Assembly: GCA_965224085.1 (NCBI GenBank)
Contig: CBDCYI010000005.1
Location: 1,248,001 to 1,312,000 of the forward strand
Source of the DNA: Candidatus Marinacidobacterales bacterium
Lineage (GTDB): Bacteria > Acidobacteriota > Vicinamibacteria > Marinacidobacterales > SMYC01
Length of the DNA stretch: 64,000 nt
Direction: 5' to 3'
This document shows, piece by piece, positions 38,238-47,708 of the stretch. A program made the position numbers and the translations under genes. Positions within the stretch are counted from its first letter, which is position 1, and each line of letters starts with the position of its first letter. Under the pieces are notes generated by a model. That model had not been told where the DNA came from and ran no database searches. It saw only the letters and a program-made list of their open reading frames with translations.

Positions 38238-39236
38238 ATGTCTTCGCCGAGTTCACGCGAATTTCTCGAGCTCTCCGAGGCCTGCGACCTCGAGGGTAAC
38301 CGCTTCGTGCTCACACCGCGCCCGTGTCCCACCTGTGGCGTGGTTGCTAGGGAGGTTCTCGGATTGCGCGGAGGCGAATACCAGCGCTACCACCAAGGCA
38401 TCGTCTCTCGCATCGTGCGTTGCCACGAGTGCGGTCTCATTTATCCCGATCCGTTTCCCCTCCCGTGCGATTCTCAGAAGCTTTACAGCGACCCCGACAA
38501 GTACTTCGGTGGGGACGACTCGGAGAATAAAGTGGAGTCCTACCGTGGTCTGGTGAGGGAGGTGGGCGAGCGTCTGGGCGGCTTTCCGTTTCGCTTACTC
38601 GACGTTGGGAGTGGCCGGGGCGAGATTCTCGCGGCCGCACGTCTCGAAGGTGTCACTGCCGTCGGTCTCGAGCTGAGCCAGGCTATGATCGCCGAAGCCG
38701 ACGCGCGCTACAACGTCGAAGTGCGCTCCCAAACAATCGAGGAGTTTTCGGGGACCATCCGGGACGCGTTCGACGCCATTACCCTATGCGCCGTCCTCGA
38801 GCACGTCTATGACCCAAACTCCATGATCTCGTGCGCAGCCCAGCTGCTTCGTCCTGGGGGCATACTGTACGTCGACGTCCCCAACGAGCCTAACTTGCTC
38901 ACGCACGTTGGCAACACCTGGAACCGACTCACGGGCAGCCCCGCCGTTTACAACATTCAGCCGACCTGGCCTCCGTACCATGTCTTTGGCTTCAACCGCC
39001 GAGCCCTCAACGTCTTGCTGTCGAAACACGGATTCACCCTGCAATCGGTTCAGATTCACGCCGCGCCCAACGTGCCGGCCCACAGCCATTGGAAGGATCA
39101 GGCGCGCGCCTTCGTCGCGACCCAGATCAATCGACTCGCGAACTACACTGGGACCGCCGCCAACATGTTCGTTTGGGCCCGACTCGCGGAGGGCGACGCC
39201 AGTGATCCGCCCGGCAAGGACCAAGCGCAGCAGTAG
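38238..39236 (+). CDS. Class I SAM methyltransferase with N-terminal Zn ribbon
   Basis: CPTC...CHECG, LLDVGSGRG, VLEHV, DVPN. Confidence 0.88.
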   Translation: MSSPSSREFLELSEACDLEGNRFVLTPRPCPTCGVVAREVLGLRGGEYQRYHQGIVSRIVRCHECGLIYPDPFPLPCDSQKLYSDPDKYFGGDDSENKVESYRGLVREVGERLGGFPFRLLDVGSGRGEILAAARLEGVTAVGLELSQAMIAEADARYNVEVRSQTIEEFSGTIRDAFDAITLCAVLEHVYDPNSMISCAAQLLRPGGILYVDVPNEPNLLTHVGNTWNRLTGSPAVYNIQPTWPPYHVFGFNRRALNVLLSKHGFTLQSVQIHAAPNVPAHSHWKDQARAFVATQINRLANYTGTAANMFVWARLAEGDASDPPGKDQAQQ

Positions 39237-39313
39237 CACCGTCGTGCGCGCATCTTCCTTGGCCCGGACTAGGCTGCCTAGCCGCCTCCAGTGTCTCGAG
39301 CATCGGCGAACCT

Positions 39314-39799
39314 TCACGGTTTCCCGATAGCCGCCGCGAGTCGTTCCGGATCTTCGCTTCCGAGCAGAAACCGCCGCGTCCGGGCGCCGCTGATGCGCCG
39401 GGCCTCGGTCAGCTCCAGGAGGACGCCTCGCGTCCCCCGTACCGAGTAGATGCTCGTCTTCTCTCCTTCGAAACGGCCGACGCGGATCCCCCAGCCACCA
39501 AATTGACGGATGGGACGGTAGGATACGATGCGCGCCCTTTCGATGCGGGACAGAGGCACGCGTTGCGCGAGCCAGCCGGGATCGCCGAAACGCGCGGCGA
39601 CCCCTTCCTCGTCGACTTGGAAGACGAGGCGGCCGAACATCGCGGGGAGTATCACGAGTCCCGCGCCAATCAGAAGCGGGATCCAGGGTAAATCCGGCAC
39701 GGCCTGGAGCTGGACCCAGACGAAAACGCCGAGCGCGACCAGGTACAGGACCTGCACGATCGGCGAGAACGAGACCGTCTGCTCGAAGCGATGTGCCAT
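39314..39799 (-). CDS. Two-TM membrane protein with PH-like C-terminal domain
   Basis: Two TMs, FGGWGIR motif, LLGSEDPERL. Confidence 0.65.
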   Translation of the reverse strand: MAHRFEQTVSFSPIVQVLYLVALGVFVWVQLQAVPDLPWIPLLIGAGLVILPAMFGRLVFQVDEEGVAARFGDPGWLAQRVPLSRIERARIVSYRPIRQFGGWGIRVGRFEGEKTSIYSVRGTRGVLLELTEARRISGARTRRFLLGSEDPERLAAAIGKP

Positions 39800-39912
39800 G
39801 CTATTCGCCGAGTGTAGGTGGGAAGAGGTCGCCGGTCTACGGTTTCGCCCGACGTTGCCGAGGTCCACCCGAGGACGCTCGCAAACGGAGGGTCCCCGGG
39901 TCCTCGAGGCGT

Positions 39913-40305
39913 TCAACTGCTCGTCTTGCGCTTGCGCGGAACGACTTTGATCTGCTTGGGCTCGCGGATGAGGATGTAGAACTTACCCTCCTGTTCCGCC
40001 ACTTCGCCCGTGACGCGCACGTTGCGGCGGGTATATTTCTTCTCTATGTCCACTTTGAACTTGTGTACCTCGCTCGCGAGCACGATGGCCTGAAAGGCTT
40101 TGGTCGTATCAGCGCCGAAATAGAGGTGGATCCCCGATTCCGACTTACCGTTGGTGTAGATCCTACCCTCCACAGCAATCTCTTTACCGACTTGTTCTGC
40201 GGTGACGGCAGTTGGCCGCATAGGTTCCATTTGGGCGAAGGCGGTAGCGCCGAGTAGGAAAAGCCCGAGCAGGAAAAGGCTAAGGGCTGAAGCTGAGGCT
40301 CTCAT
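39913..40305 (-). CDS. Exported OB-fold-like small protein
   Basis: Signal peptide; VGKEIAVEG...LYFG...VRVTGEV; SD AGGAGG; upstream TTGACA-17-TAGACA. Confidence 0.65.
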   Translation of the reverse strand: MRASASALSLFLLGLFLLGATAFAQMEPMRPTAVTAEQVGKEIAVEGRIYTNGKSESGIHLYFGADTTKAFQAIVLASEVHKFKVDIEKKYTRRNVRVTGEVAEQEGKFYILIREPKQIKVVPRKRKTSS

Positions 40306-40457
40306 GAAGACCTCCTTTTAGGACAAGACAGATGCCGGACGAGAAGGGGCCGACGACACGAGGCCCCTCTTGTCGCCTAACGTGTTGTGTCTATCACCGA
40401 TTACGGAGGTTGTCAATCGTACGTGGCCATTGCGAAACCCGGAGGGAGCGCTAAGCG

Positions 40458-41228
40458 CTAATGCAACGTCGGGCCGTCGTCGCCACCGGAGCGCTTCTCG
40501 TAATAATCCTCGAACTTCTTGCGAAGTCGTTTCATCCGCCAGCGCCGATACGCGTCTCGCCAGGAGCCGCCGAGCTCGGCGCGCAAACCGCCCAACGAAC
40601 GGCGACGCCCCCTGCCGGCGACGCCCACCCATCGAAGCAACAAATAGCCGGTGACTAAACCGCCGAGGTGCACGCTATGCGCAACCCCTTGCTGCCCGTT
40701 GATGGAGCTCGCGAAGGCCAAGATCCCGAACATCGCGACGAAGAAACGCGCTTCCATCGGGAAGACGAAGAACAACAACACTTGCTGGCGCGGGAAAAGA
40801 TAACCGAAGGCAATCATGACCCCATAGACCGCGCCCGAGGCGCCGAGGATGGGGATATTCGAGCTCCAAAACAGATAGGACAAGAAAGCGAACGCCGCAC
40901 CGCCGAGACCACAAAGAAAGTAGTAACGATAAAAAGATCGACTGTCCCACGTTCTCTCGATCGCGCATCCAAATATGAACAGGCCAAACATGTTCAAAAG
41001 GATATGGCTGAGTCCATATCGGTCGTGCAAGAACATGTACGTAGCGACCCGCCAAATCTCAAAGTTCCAAGGCAGCACGAGCGACGGGACCAAAGTGAAC
41101 CACGCGGTGAAGTTCTGGATTAGGACTTGGAGCACGTAGACGACGACGTTGGCGATGATGAGGTTCTTGACCGCAGGGGTCACAGGACCTCCGAACATCG
41201 AGCTCAAGTCGCGCCGGTAGTAGGACAT
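40458..41228 (-). CDS. Rhomboid family intramembrane serine protease
   Basis: WR..TYMFLH, HILLNM, GASGA, AHSVHLGG. Confidence 0.95.
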   Translation of the reverse strand: MSYYRRDLSSMFGGPVTPAVKNLIIANVVVYVLQVLIQNFTAWFTLVPSLVLPWNFEIWRVATYMFLHDRYGLSHILLNMFGLFIFGCAIERTWDSRSFYRYYFLCGLGGAAFAFLSYLFWSSNIPILGASGAVYGVMIAFGYLFPRQQVLLFFVFPMEARFFVAMFGILAFASSINGQQGVAHSVHLGGLVTGYLLLRWVGVAGRGRRRSLGGLRAELGGSWRDAYRRWRMKRLRKKFEDYYEKRSGGDDGPTLH

Positions 41229-41252
41229 GCAAAGAGCTTAGCACACGGTTTT

Positions 41253-41437
41253 TTACCGCGGCCCCGCCCCGCGAAGGAATCTACGCACGGCGTAGCTCGC
41301 TTTGGCGTGGTCGAGCCGCGCGGCGGCGAGAAGCGCGCTGCGATCGGAGCGCGCGACGTGCGGCGCCAAGATTTGCCAGATCCGCTCGCGCGCCACTGAC
41401 GTTGCGTTCCCCGAAAGTTCTAAATAGAGCTTCACCG
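41253..41437 (-). pseudogene. 3' remnant of an unidentified gene cut by IS6
   Basis: Open frame starts at the IS boundary and ends just before the rhomboid gene. Confidence 0.4.
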
Positions 41438-42304
41438 GGTACTTTCGAGTGAACGAACGATTTCGGTCACTCCCCGATGACCTCCGCCCACGCGGGCGGT
41501 GCCATTGCTGTCAAATTGAGCTGGTGACTGACAGAATGGTCCAATGAAGACCGATGCGCCAAGCTACCACGGCTATCGATTTCCACCGGAAATCATCAGC
41601 CACGCCGTCTGGCTCTACCACCGATTCTGCGTGAGCTTTCGAAACGTCGAAGAGCTGCTTGCTCAGCGAGGTATCACGGTTTCTTACGAAGCGGTCCGAC
41701 TGTGGTGCATTAAGTTCGGGCCGGAATACGCTCGGCGACTGAAGCGTCGGCAGGGTCGTCTCGGTGACACATGGCACCTGGACGAGGTCTTCATAAAGAT
41801 ACAAGGTGAACGCCAATACCTCTGGCGCGCGGTAGACCAAGACGGTGATGTAATCGATATCCTCGTCCAGCCTCGCCGTGATCAGAAAGCCGCCAAACGA
41901 TTCTTCCGCAAGCTGTTGAAGGGGCAAGGCCGTCCGCCCTGGCAGCTGGTCACCGACAAACTGAGAAGCTACAGCGCCGCTCACCGCGAGGTCATGCCGT
42001 CCGTTCGTCCACGACCAGTACAGAAACAACCTAGCCGAAGTCTCGCACGAACCGACGCGACAACGGGAACGACAGATGCGGAAGTTTAAAGCTCCTGGGC
42101 AGGCGCAACGATTCTTGACCGTGCATGGACTCGTGCAAAATCTCTTTCGCGTCGGACGGCATTTGTTGCAAGCGCATCATCATCGGGAGCTACGAGACCG
42201 CGCTTTCATCGTCTGGCAGGAGGTAACCTGTGCCGTCCGATGAGAGCAAAGGAAATCAGCTCGACGCGATAGGTTCGCTCGCTCAACGTCAACTTGACAA
42301 TACC
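41438..42304 (+). mobile_element. IS6-family element, copy 1 (transposase frameshifted)
   Basis: Ends GGTACTTTCGAGTG... and ...AACTTGACAATACC; near-identical to 50616-51487 in inverted orientation. Confidence 0.92.
41544..42243 (+). pseudogene. IS6 transposase with frameshift near 42004-42015
   Basis: YRFPPEII, WHLDEVF, LWRAVD, VTDKLRSY; +1 and -6 bp relative to copy 2. Confidence 0.88.
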
Positions 42305-42316
42305 CTTTTTTGCTTC

Positions 42317-42361
42317 TTCGTAATCAGCAGGTCGGAAGTTCAAGTCCTCTCGCCGACTCTA
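42317..42361 (+). other. Degenerate 3' half of a tRNA (Thr-CGT-like), att-site-like remnant
   Basis: TTCGTAATCAGCAGGTCGGAAGTTCAAGTCCTCTCGCCGACTCTA has anticodon loop, T-arm and acceptor strand; no D-arm or 5' half. Confidence 0.65.
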
Positions 42362-42396
42362 TTTTGTCAGTGATCCGTAGAAAGTGACTGTCGCTC

Positions 42397-42783
42397 CTAT
42401 CCCACTTTCTGTTTGATCTGATGAATCCGTTGATGGGAAAGTCCTAGTAGGTCGGCCTGGTCGCGTGTGCTCAACTTCAGGCGTTCGCTGAGTTGTTTGA
42501 TTGCTTTCTCGAGTGCTCCTGCGCTTTGTTTTTGAAGCCTTTCCACATCGTGCCGATAATCGGCCACCTTCCGTAACATCTTCTGGACGTCCTTCGGCAG
42601 TTTTATCTCGTCCCGCAGTTCAACGCTATCGGCATCGTCGATATACAGCGTCAGAGCCTCCCGAATCCGCCGCCGGGCCTCGTCGAGACTTCTCCCTTGT
42701 GTATGGCAGCCACGGAATCGTACGACGGTCGCCACCCACCATCCGCCTTCGTCGCGTTCATACCGGACCGTGTAGCGCTTCAT
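42397..42783 (-). CDS. hicB: HicB-family antitoxin with C-terminal HTH
   Basis: YTVRYERDEGGWWVA...GCHTQGRSLDEARRRIREAL; LSTRDQADLLGLSHQRIHQI. Confidence 0.9.
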   Translation of the reverse strand: MKRYTVRYERDEGGWWVATVVRFRGCHTQGRSLDEARRRIREALTLYIDDADSVELRDEIKLPKDVQKMLRKVADYRHDVERLQKQSAGALEKAIKQLSERLKLSTRDQADLLGLSHQRIHQIKQKVG

Positions 42784-42983
42784 GCTTTCACCCATTTCTT
42801 TCCGAGGCACGGCTCGAGATCGCGCTCGATACTCCTCAAGAGTCCAGGCCCCAGCTCTTCACCTTTGTGAATGGGCACTGTCGTGGAACATCTCCCGCAT
42901 CTGACCCGGACATGCGAGCCCTTCTGTCGAACAACCTCACAGCCGAGCTTGCGAAGCCTGCGTAAAAGGTCGCTCCCTTTCAC
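42780..42983 (-). CDS. hicA: HicA-family mRNA interferase toxin
   Basis: LRKLGCEVVRQKGSHV...TVPIH...GLLRSI. Confidence 0.92.
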   Translation of the reverse strand: MKGSDLLRRLRKLGCEVVRQKGSHVRVRCGRCSTTVPIHKGEELGPGLLRSIERDLEPCLGKKWVKA

Positions 42984-43018
42984 AGATATATTATACGTTG
43001 AGGGCGCATATCTGTCTA
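42982..43018 (-). promoter_or_regulatory. hicAB promoter with inverted-repeat operator, probably leaderless
   Basis: TAGACA-17-TATAAT, then 6 nt to GTG; ACAGATAT-N18-ATATCTGT at 42982-43015. Confidence 0.7.
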
Positions 43019-43347
43019 GTTTGCTAGACGGATGCGGCTGACCCCGCTGGGCTCGAGATCATCCGACCTTTACATGTCCCCTCGCCGTCTATGCCGCGCA
43101 CGCGCTGCAGCTCGCGCTCGGGGCTGCCGATCGCTCGCCGAGCTCAAGCGAAACGCGCGTATCGGGTTCGCGACCAGGCCATCGACGGCGAAACCTATTC
43201 GAAGCTTCTACGGAGTGAGGAAGAGCGGGCGCGAGCGCGCAAATATTACTTGACGTAGCTGATGCACTTCCGCTCCGAGAAAATGGCGGGAGTTTCCGCA
43301 ACTCGTTCCAGCCGTTCTCGCCCTCGCTCGCTGCGTCGTCAGGCGGC

Positions 43348-43965
43348 TCAGTTCCCGACGCGGTGTCGTTCGCGCAAGACCTCCGTCACCTCCGAAAGCG
43401 TGCGATCCGAGGCCGCGAGCACCACCAGGAGGTGATAGATAAGATCCGCGGCTTCTTCCACCACGCGCCCGTCGCGGCTCGTCGCCGAGACCGCAACCTC
43501 CACACCCTCCTCCCCGACCTTCTTCGCCATTGTCTCGATACCATCCGCAAACAATCGTGCCGTATAGCTCCCGTCGGGATCGGACGTCTTCCGATCATCG
43601 ATGATCTCGGCCAGCCGCGCGAGCCAGCCGAGCCCGGGCGCATCGTCATCGCCGAAACAGCTCGTCGTACCACGGTGGCACGTCGCTCCCTTCGGCCGGG
43701 CGAAAACGAGGAGCGTGTCGCCGTCGCAGTCGATCTCGACGCTTTCGATCTCGAGTGTGTTTCCGGAGGTTTCGCCCTTTCGCCACAGGCGTTTTTTGGC
43801 GCGGCTGTAAAACGTTACCACACCGCTCTCCCGGGTGCGCTCGAGGGCGGCACGGTCCATGTAGCCCAACATGAGAACCTGAAGCGTCCTCGCATCTTGA
43901 ACGATCGCGGGGACGAGCCCGTTTCCCTTCTCCCAATCGATCGTGAGGCCGTCGATCGACGTCAT
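43348..43965 (-). CDS. hisIE: Bifunctional phosphoribosyl-AMP cyclohydrolase / phosphoribosyl-ATP pyrophosphatase
   Basis: [46 protein letters not shown]. Confidence 0.96.
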   Translation of the reverse strand: MTSIDGLTIDWEKGNGLVPAIVQDARTLQVLMLGYMDRAALERTRESGVVTFYSRAKKRLWRKGETSGNTLEIESVEIDCDGDTLLVFARPKGATCHRGTTSCFGDDDAPGLGWLARLAEIIDDRKTSDPDGSYTARLFADGIETMAKKVGEEGVEVAVSATSRDGRVVEEAADLIYHLLVVLAASDRTLSEVTEVLRERHRVGN

Positions 43966-44729
43966 ATTCGCACCTCGATGCCTTCCTCGACAAGATAACG
44001 TTTGAGTGCCCCGATCGCGATGGAACGCTTGTGAAACACGCTCGCCGCTAGAGCCCCATCGACGTTCACCTCGCGGAAGACGTCGCGAAAATGCTCCGGG
44101 CTTCCCGCACCTCCCGAAGCAACGAGCGGAATCTCGATGGCCTCGCGCACCAGCTTCAACTGTTCGAGATCGTAGCCCTGGCGCACACCATCCTGGTTCA
44201 TACAGTTGAGAACTATCTCTCCGGCACCGCGCCGCGCGACTTCCTGAGCCCATTTGAGCGTGCGCCGTCCACTCGCAAACGTCTTGTTCGGGTCACCAGT
44301 GTATTGATAGGTGACATACTCGCCGCCTTCGCTCTTCGAATCGATCCCGATCACCACGCACTGCGTCCCGAAAACATCCGCGAGCTCGTCGACTAGCTCC
44401 GGTCTCTCGAGCGCGGGCGAGTTGATCGAGATCTTCTCCGCGCCTCTCGACAAAACCGCGTGCGCGTCTTCGACCGAGCGGATTCCACCAGCGACGCAAA
44501 ACGGAATGTCGAGCTCACGCGCCACACGCTCTACCCAATCCCGGCTCACGGAGCGGCCTTCGGCGGAGGCGGTAATGTCGTAGAACACGAGCTCGTCGGC
44601 ACCTTCATCCCGGTAACGGCGCGCCAAGTCGAGTATGTTACCGACGTTTTCGTGATCCCGAAAACGGACTCCCTTCACGACCATCCCGTCGCGAACGTCG
44701 AGGCATGGGATGATGCGCTTCGCTAGCAT
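43962..44729 (-). CDS. hisF: Imidazole glycerol phosphate synthase cyclase subunit
   Basis: [36 protein letters not shown]. Confidence 0.98.
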   Translation of the reverse strand: MLAKRIIPCLDVRDGMVVKGVRFRDHENVGNILDLARRYRDEGADELVFYDITASAEGRSVSRDWVERVARELDIPFCVAGGIRSVEDAHAVLSRGAEKISINSPALERPELVDELADVFGTQCVVIGIDSKSEGGEYVTYQYTGDPNKTFASGRRTLKWAQEVARRGAGEIVLNCMNQDGVRQGYDLEQLKLVREAIEIPLVASGGAGSPEHFRDVFREVNVDGALAASVFHKRSIAIGALKRYLVEEGIEVRI

Positions 44730-45466
44730 GCGATCGCCTCGGAGAGATCGATGCGTTTCTCGTACAGCGCTTTGCCAACAATCGTACCGGCGAGCCCCAT
44801 AAGCTTCAGCGTACGGAGATCGGAAAGTGCGGACACGCCGCCGGATGCGAGAACGTCGAGCCCAGGGAAACGCTGGCGGATCTCACGGTAGAGCCGGGTG
44901 TTGGGCCCACCAAGTGTCCCGTCGCGTTCGATGTCCGTGCACAGCACGTACCGCAAGCCGGAGCCTTCGTAGCTTTGGTAGCTTTCGTATTCGGCCAGAA
45001 GAACCCAAAGCGACGTTGCGCTCTCCGTTTGCCAGCCGTGGGTTGCCGGAAACGGCACACCCCGTTTCATTCGTACATCGAACGCAAGCACCAAAGCATC
45101 GGGACCGAAGGCGGACAGCCACTCGCGAACCTCGGACGGCGCGTCGACGGCCCGGCTCCCCACCACGACGCGATCGACACCGGCGTTCAAGAGCGTCTCG
45201 ACCTGCGTCGCCTGACGGATGCCGCCACCAACCTGTAACTTGAGATCCGTCACGCGGGCGAGCCTGAGGATCGTTTCCGTCTGTGACGCCGCCCCATCTC
45301 TCGCCCCGTCGAGGTCGACGACGTGCAGCCATTCCGCACCCGCGCGCTGAAACTCGCGAGCGCGCTCGAGCGGGTCGCGTGAGTAGACGGTTTTCGAGGC
45401 GAAGTCTCCCTGATAGAGACGAACGCACTCACCTGCCGAGAGATCGATCGCGGGGTAGATGATCAC
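44723..45466 (-). CDS. hisA: ProFAR isomerase
   Basis: IYPAIDL...[28 protein letters not shown]. Confidence 0.97.
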   Translation of the reverse strand: MIIYPAIDLSAGECVRLYQGDFASKTVYSRDPLERAREFQRAGAEWLHVVDLDGARDGAASQTETILRLARVTDLKLQVGGGIRQATQVETLLNAGVDRVVVGSRAVDAPSEVREWLSAFGPDALVLAFDVRMKRGVPFPATHGWQTESATSLWVLLAEYESYQSYEGSGLRYVLCTDIERDGTLGGPNTRLYREIRQRFPGLDVLASGGVSALSDLRTLKLMGLAGTIVGKALYEKRIDLSEAIAC

Positions 45467-46062
45467 GACAGGCTCACGAAATTTTGGAGCAGGCGCGCGC
45501 CCGCACGCGCGGAGCGCTCCGGGTGGAATTGGCAGCCGAAGAAATTATCTCGCGCCACTATTGCGCTGATGTCCACACCATGACAGGTCGTTGCGATCGT
45601 GTGCTCGGACACGGCCGCGTAGTAGCTGTGGACGAAATAGACACGCGCGGCGGACTCGATGCCTTCGAGTAGAGGATGGGCACGCACACCGAACACGAGC
45701 CGGTTCCAGCCCATATGCGGGATCGTGAGAGCGTCACCACCCGGCAGATGCGCTATACGTCCGGGAAGAATATCGAGCGTCTCCGTATCACCTTCTTCGG
45801 ATCGCTCGAACATCGCCTGCATCCCGAGGCAGATGCCGAGACAGGGTTGTCGCAAGGACCGCAGACACTCCGTGAGCTGACGCTCGCGCATTCGCGCCAT
45901 GAAAGACGTCGCCGCGCCGACGCCCGGCAGTACGACGTGTGTTGCCGCCCGGATCACACTTCTCTCGAAAGTGACCTCGGGAGAGACGCCGAGCCGCTCG
46001 AGCGCGAACGTTACCGAGGCGACGTTGGCACAGCCGCTGTCGACGATCGCGACGCGTGTCAC
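45463..46062 (-). CDS. hisH: Imidazole glycerol phosphate synthase glutaminase subunit
   Basis: LPGVG, GICLGMQ, PHMGWN, YFVHSY, QFHPE. Confidence 0.97.
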   Translation of the reverse strand: MTRVAIVDSGCANVASVTFALERLGVSPEVTFERSVIRAATHVVLPGVGAATSFMARMRERQLTECLRSLRQPCLGICLGMQAMFERSEEGDTETLDILPGRIAHLPGGDALTIPHMGWNRLVFGVRAHPLLEGIESAARVYFVHSYYAAVSEHTIATTCHGVDISAIVARDNFFGCQFHPERSARAGARLLQNFVSLS

Positions 46063-47708
46063 AGGATCCCTTTCGTGGAGGGGATTTCGGTTCCAGAGCA
46101 ACGGATTGCCTGCCGCAGTGCACGCCCGAACCCTTTGAAGCAGGACTCGACCATGTGGTGTGTGTTCTGCCCGGACACGCGAACGTGGATCGCGGCGCCG
46201 AGACTCTGCGCTAGCGATTCGAAGACGTGGGGCACCAATTCGGTCGCGAGCTCACCGACGCGGAGATCCGGAAGCGTGCCTTCGAAGACGGCGGCGGGTC
46301 GGCCGCTGAGATCGACGAGGACTTCGGCGCGCGCCTCGTCCATCGGGAGCACGAAGCCGTACCGCTCGATACCGCGTTTTTCCCCCAACGCCTCCCGCAA
46401 GGCTTGGCCGAGAACGAGGGTGGCGTCCTCGACGGTATGATGGGCGTCAATGTGAAGGTCCCCTTCACACAACAGACGAAGCCCGAACCCACCGTGCCGC
46501 GCCACCTGCTCGAGCATGTGATCGAAAAACCCGATCCCGGTGCTCACCTCGACGTGGCCACCGCCATCGAGCTCGACGGACGCCGAGATTCTCGTTTCCT
46601 TCGTCTCGCGGGCGACGATCGCGCGCCTCTCGGGTCGGGACCTCGTCCCGGCGACACCGAGCGCTTCGAGAAGCAAGGCGTTATCTTCCGGTGCCCCCAC
46701 GCTGACACGCACGCCGTCACGAAGACTTCCTGCGAAGTGCCGGACCAGAATGCCGCGGGAGCGCAATCTCTTGGCGAAAGCCGCGCCATCCGCGACATCG
46801 AGCAGCAGGAAATTGGCGTCGCTCGGGTGCACGCGGCAAATGTCCGCGCAGCCCGTGAGCGCACGCGATAGCTCGTCGCGTGCCTGTCTCAATCGAGCGA
46901 CGCGCACGCGGACCTCGGCAAGTCCATGGGGCGTCAGCGCGGCGAGCACCGCCTTCACGGTCGGTGCTGGAATCGGATAGGGCGCGAGCGCACGTTCCAT
47001 GAGCTCGAGGATCTCGGGCGAGCCAACCGTCGCGCCGCAGCGTGCCCCCGCGAGAGCAAAGGCTTTCGATAGCGTCCGTAGGACGACCAGGTTCGGCACC
47101 TCTGAGACCCGGCTTGCGAGGCTCCCCATCGACGAAAACTCGACATAGGCCTCGTCGACGACGAGAATCTGTTTTTCGAGTTTATCGGCAATCTCCAGAA
47201 TCACGTCTGGGTCGGTGGCGCCTCCCGTCGGATTGTTGGGTGAGCAAAGGAAGACGAGCTTCGCCGAGCTTTCCGGACTCGTGGCAACCTCGACGAGACG
47301 CTCGTCATCGACGGTAAAGCCGTCGCCGAGGGCAACCGAAACGATCCGAGCTCCCTGGATCTCGGCTGCAACGCGGTAGTAGCCGAACGTGGGCGGGCAG
47401 ATGACGACCGCGTCTTGCGAGGGTCGGCAGAAGACACGCACGAGAAGATCGATGGCTTCGTCGCTTCCGCGAGTCACGAGGAGTTGATCCGTGGACACGC
47501 CGTAGAGGTCAGCGAGTCGACGCGTGAGCTCGACCGGCTGTTTTGCCGGGTAGCGGTTGAGACCCACCTGCGATGGAAAGGCAGGCCACGGGCTCTCGTT
47601 CGCATCCAGCCGGATACACTCTTCCGCTTCGGGAACGGCGTTTCGGGCAGACGCATACGGTCGAAGGCTCAGGACCTCCGGCCGCGCCAGCTCGCGAATC
47701 GTCGTCAC
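46059..47708 (-). CDS. hisC-hisB: Fusion of histidinol-phosphate aminotransferase (HisC) and imidazoleglycerol-phosphate dehydratase (HisB IGPD domain)
   Basis: LDANE, GSDEAID, PNNPTG, DEAY, RTLSKAFALAGAR, then RETKET, TGIGFFDHML, DAHHTVED, PMDEA, NTHHMVE, PSTKG in one frame. Confidence 0.93.
   Translation of the reverse strand: MTTIRELARPEVLSLRPYASARNAVPEAEECIRLDANESPWPAFPSQVGLNRYPAKQPVELTRRLADLYGVSTDQLLVTRGSDEAIDLLVRVFCRPSQDAVVICPPTFGYYRVAAEIQGARIVSVALGDGFTVDDERLVEVATSPESSAKLVFLCSPNNPTGGATDPDVILEIADKLEKQILVVDEAYVEFSSMGSLASRVSEVPNLVVLRTLSKAFALAGARCGATVGSPEILELMERALAPYPIPAPTVKAVLAALTPHGLAEVRVRVARLRQARDELSRALTGCADICRVHPSDANFLLLDVADGAAFAKRLRSRGILVRHFAGSLRDGVRVSVGAPEDNALLLEALGVAGTRSRPERRAIVARETKETRISASVELDGGGHVEVSTGIGFFDHMLEQVARHGGFGLRLLCEGDLHIDAHHTVEDATLVLGQALREALGEKRGIERYGFVLPMDEARAEVLVDLSGRPAAVFEGTLPDLRVGELATELVPHVFESLAQSLGAAIHVRVSGQNTHHMVESCFKGFGRALRQAIRCSGTEIPSTKGIL

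Noticed and set aside
44966-44993. 9-bp degenerate repeats in hisA (EYESYQSYE) and in the TPR gene at about 18962-19000
   Set aside because: Small in-frame loop duplications with no evident function
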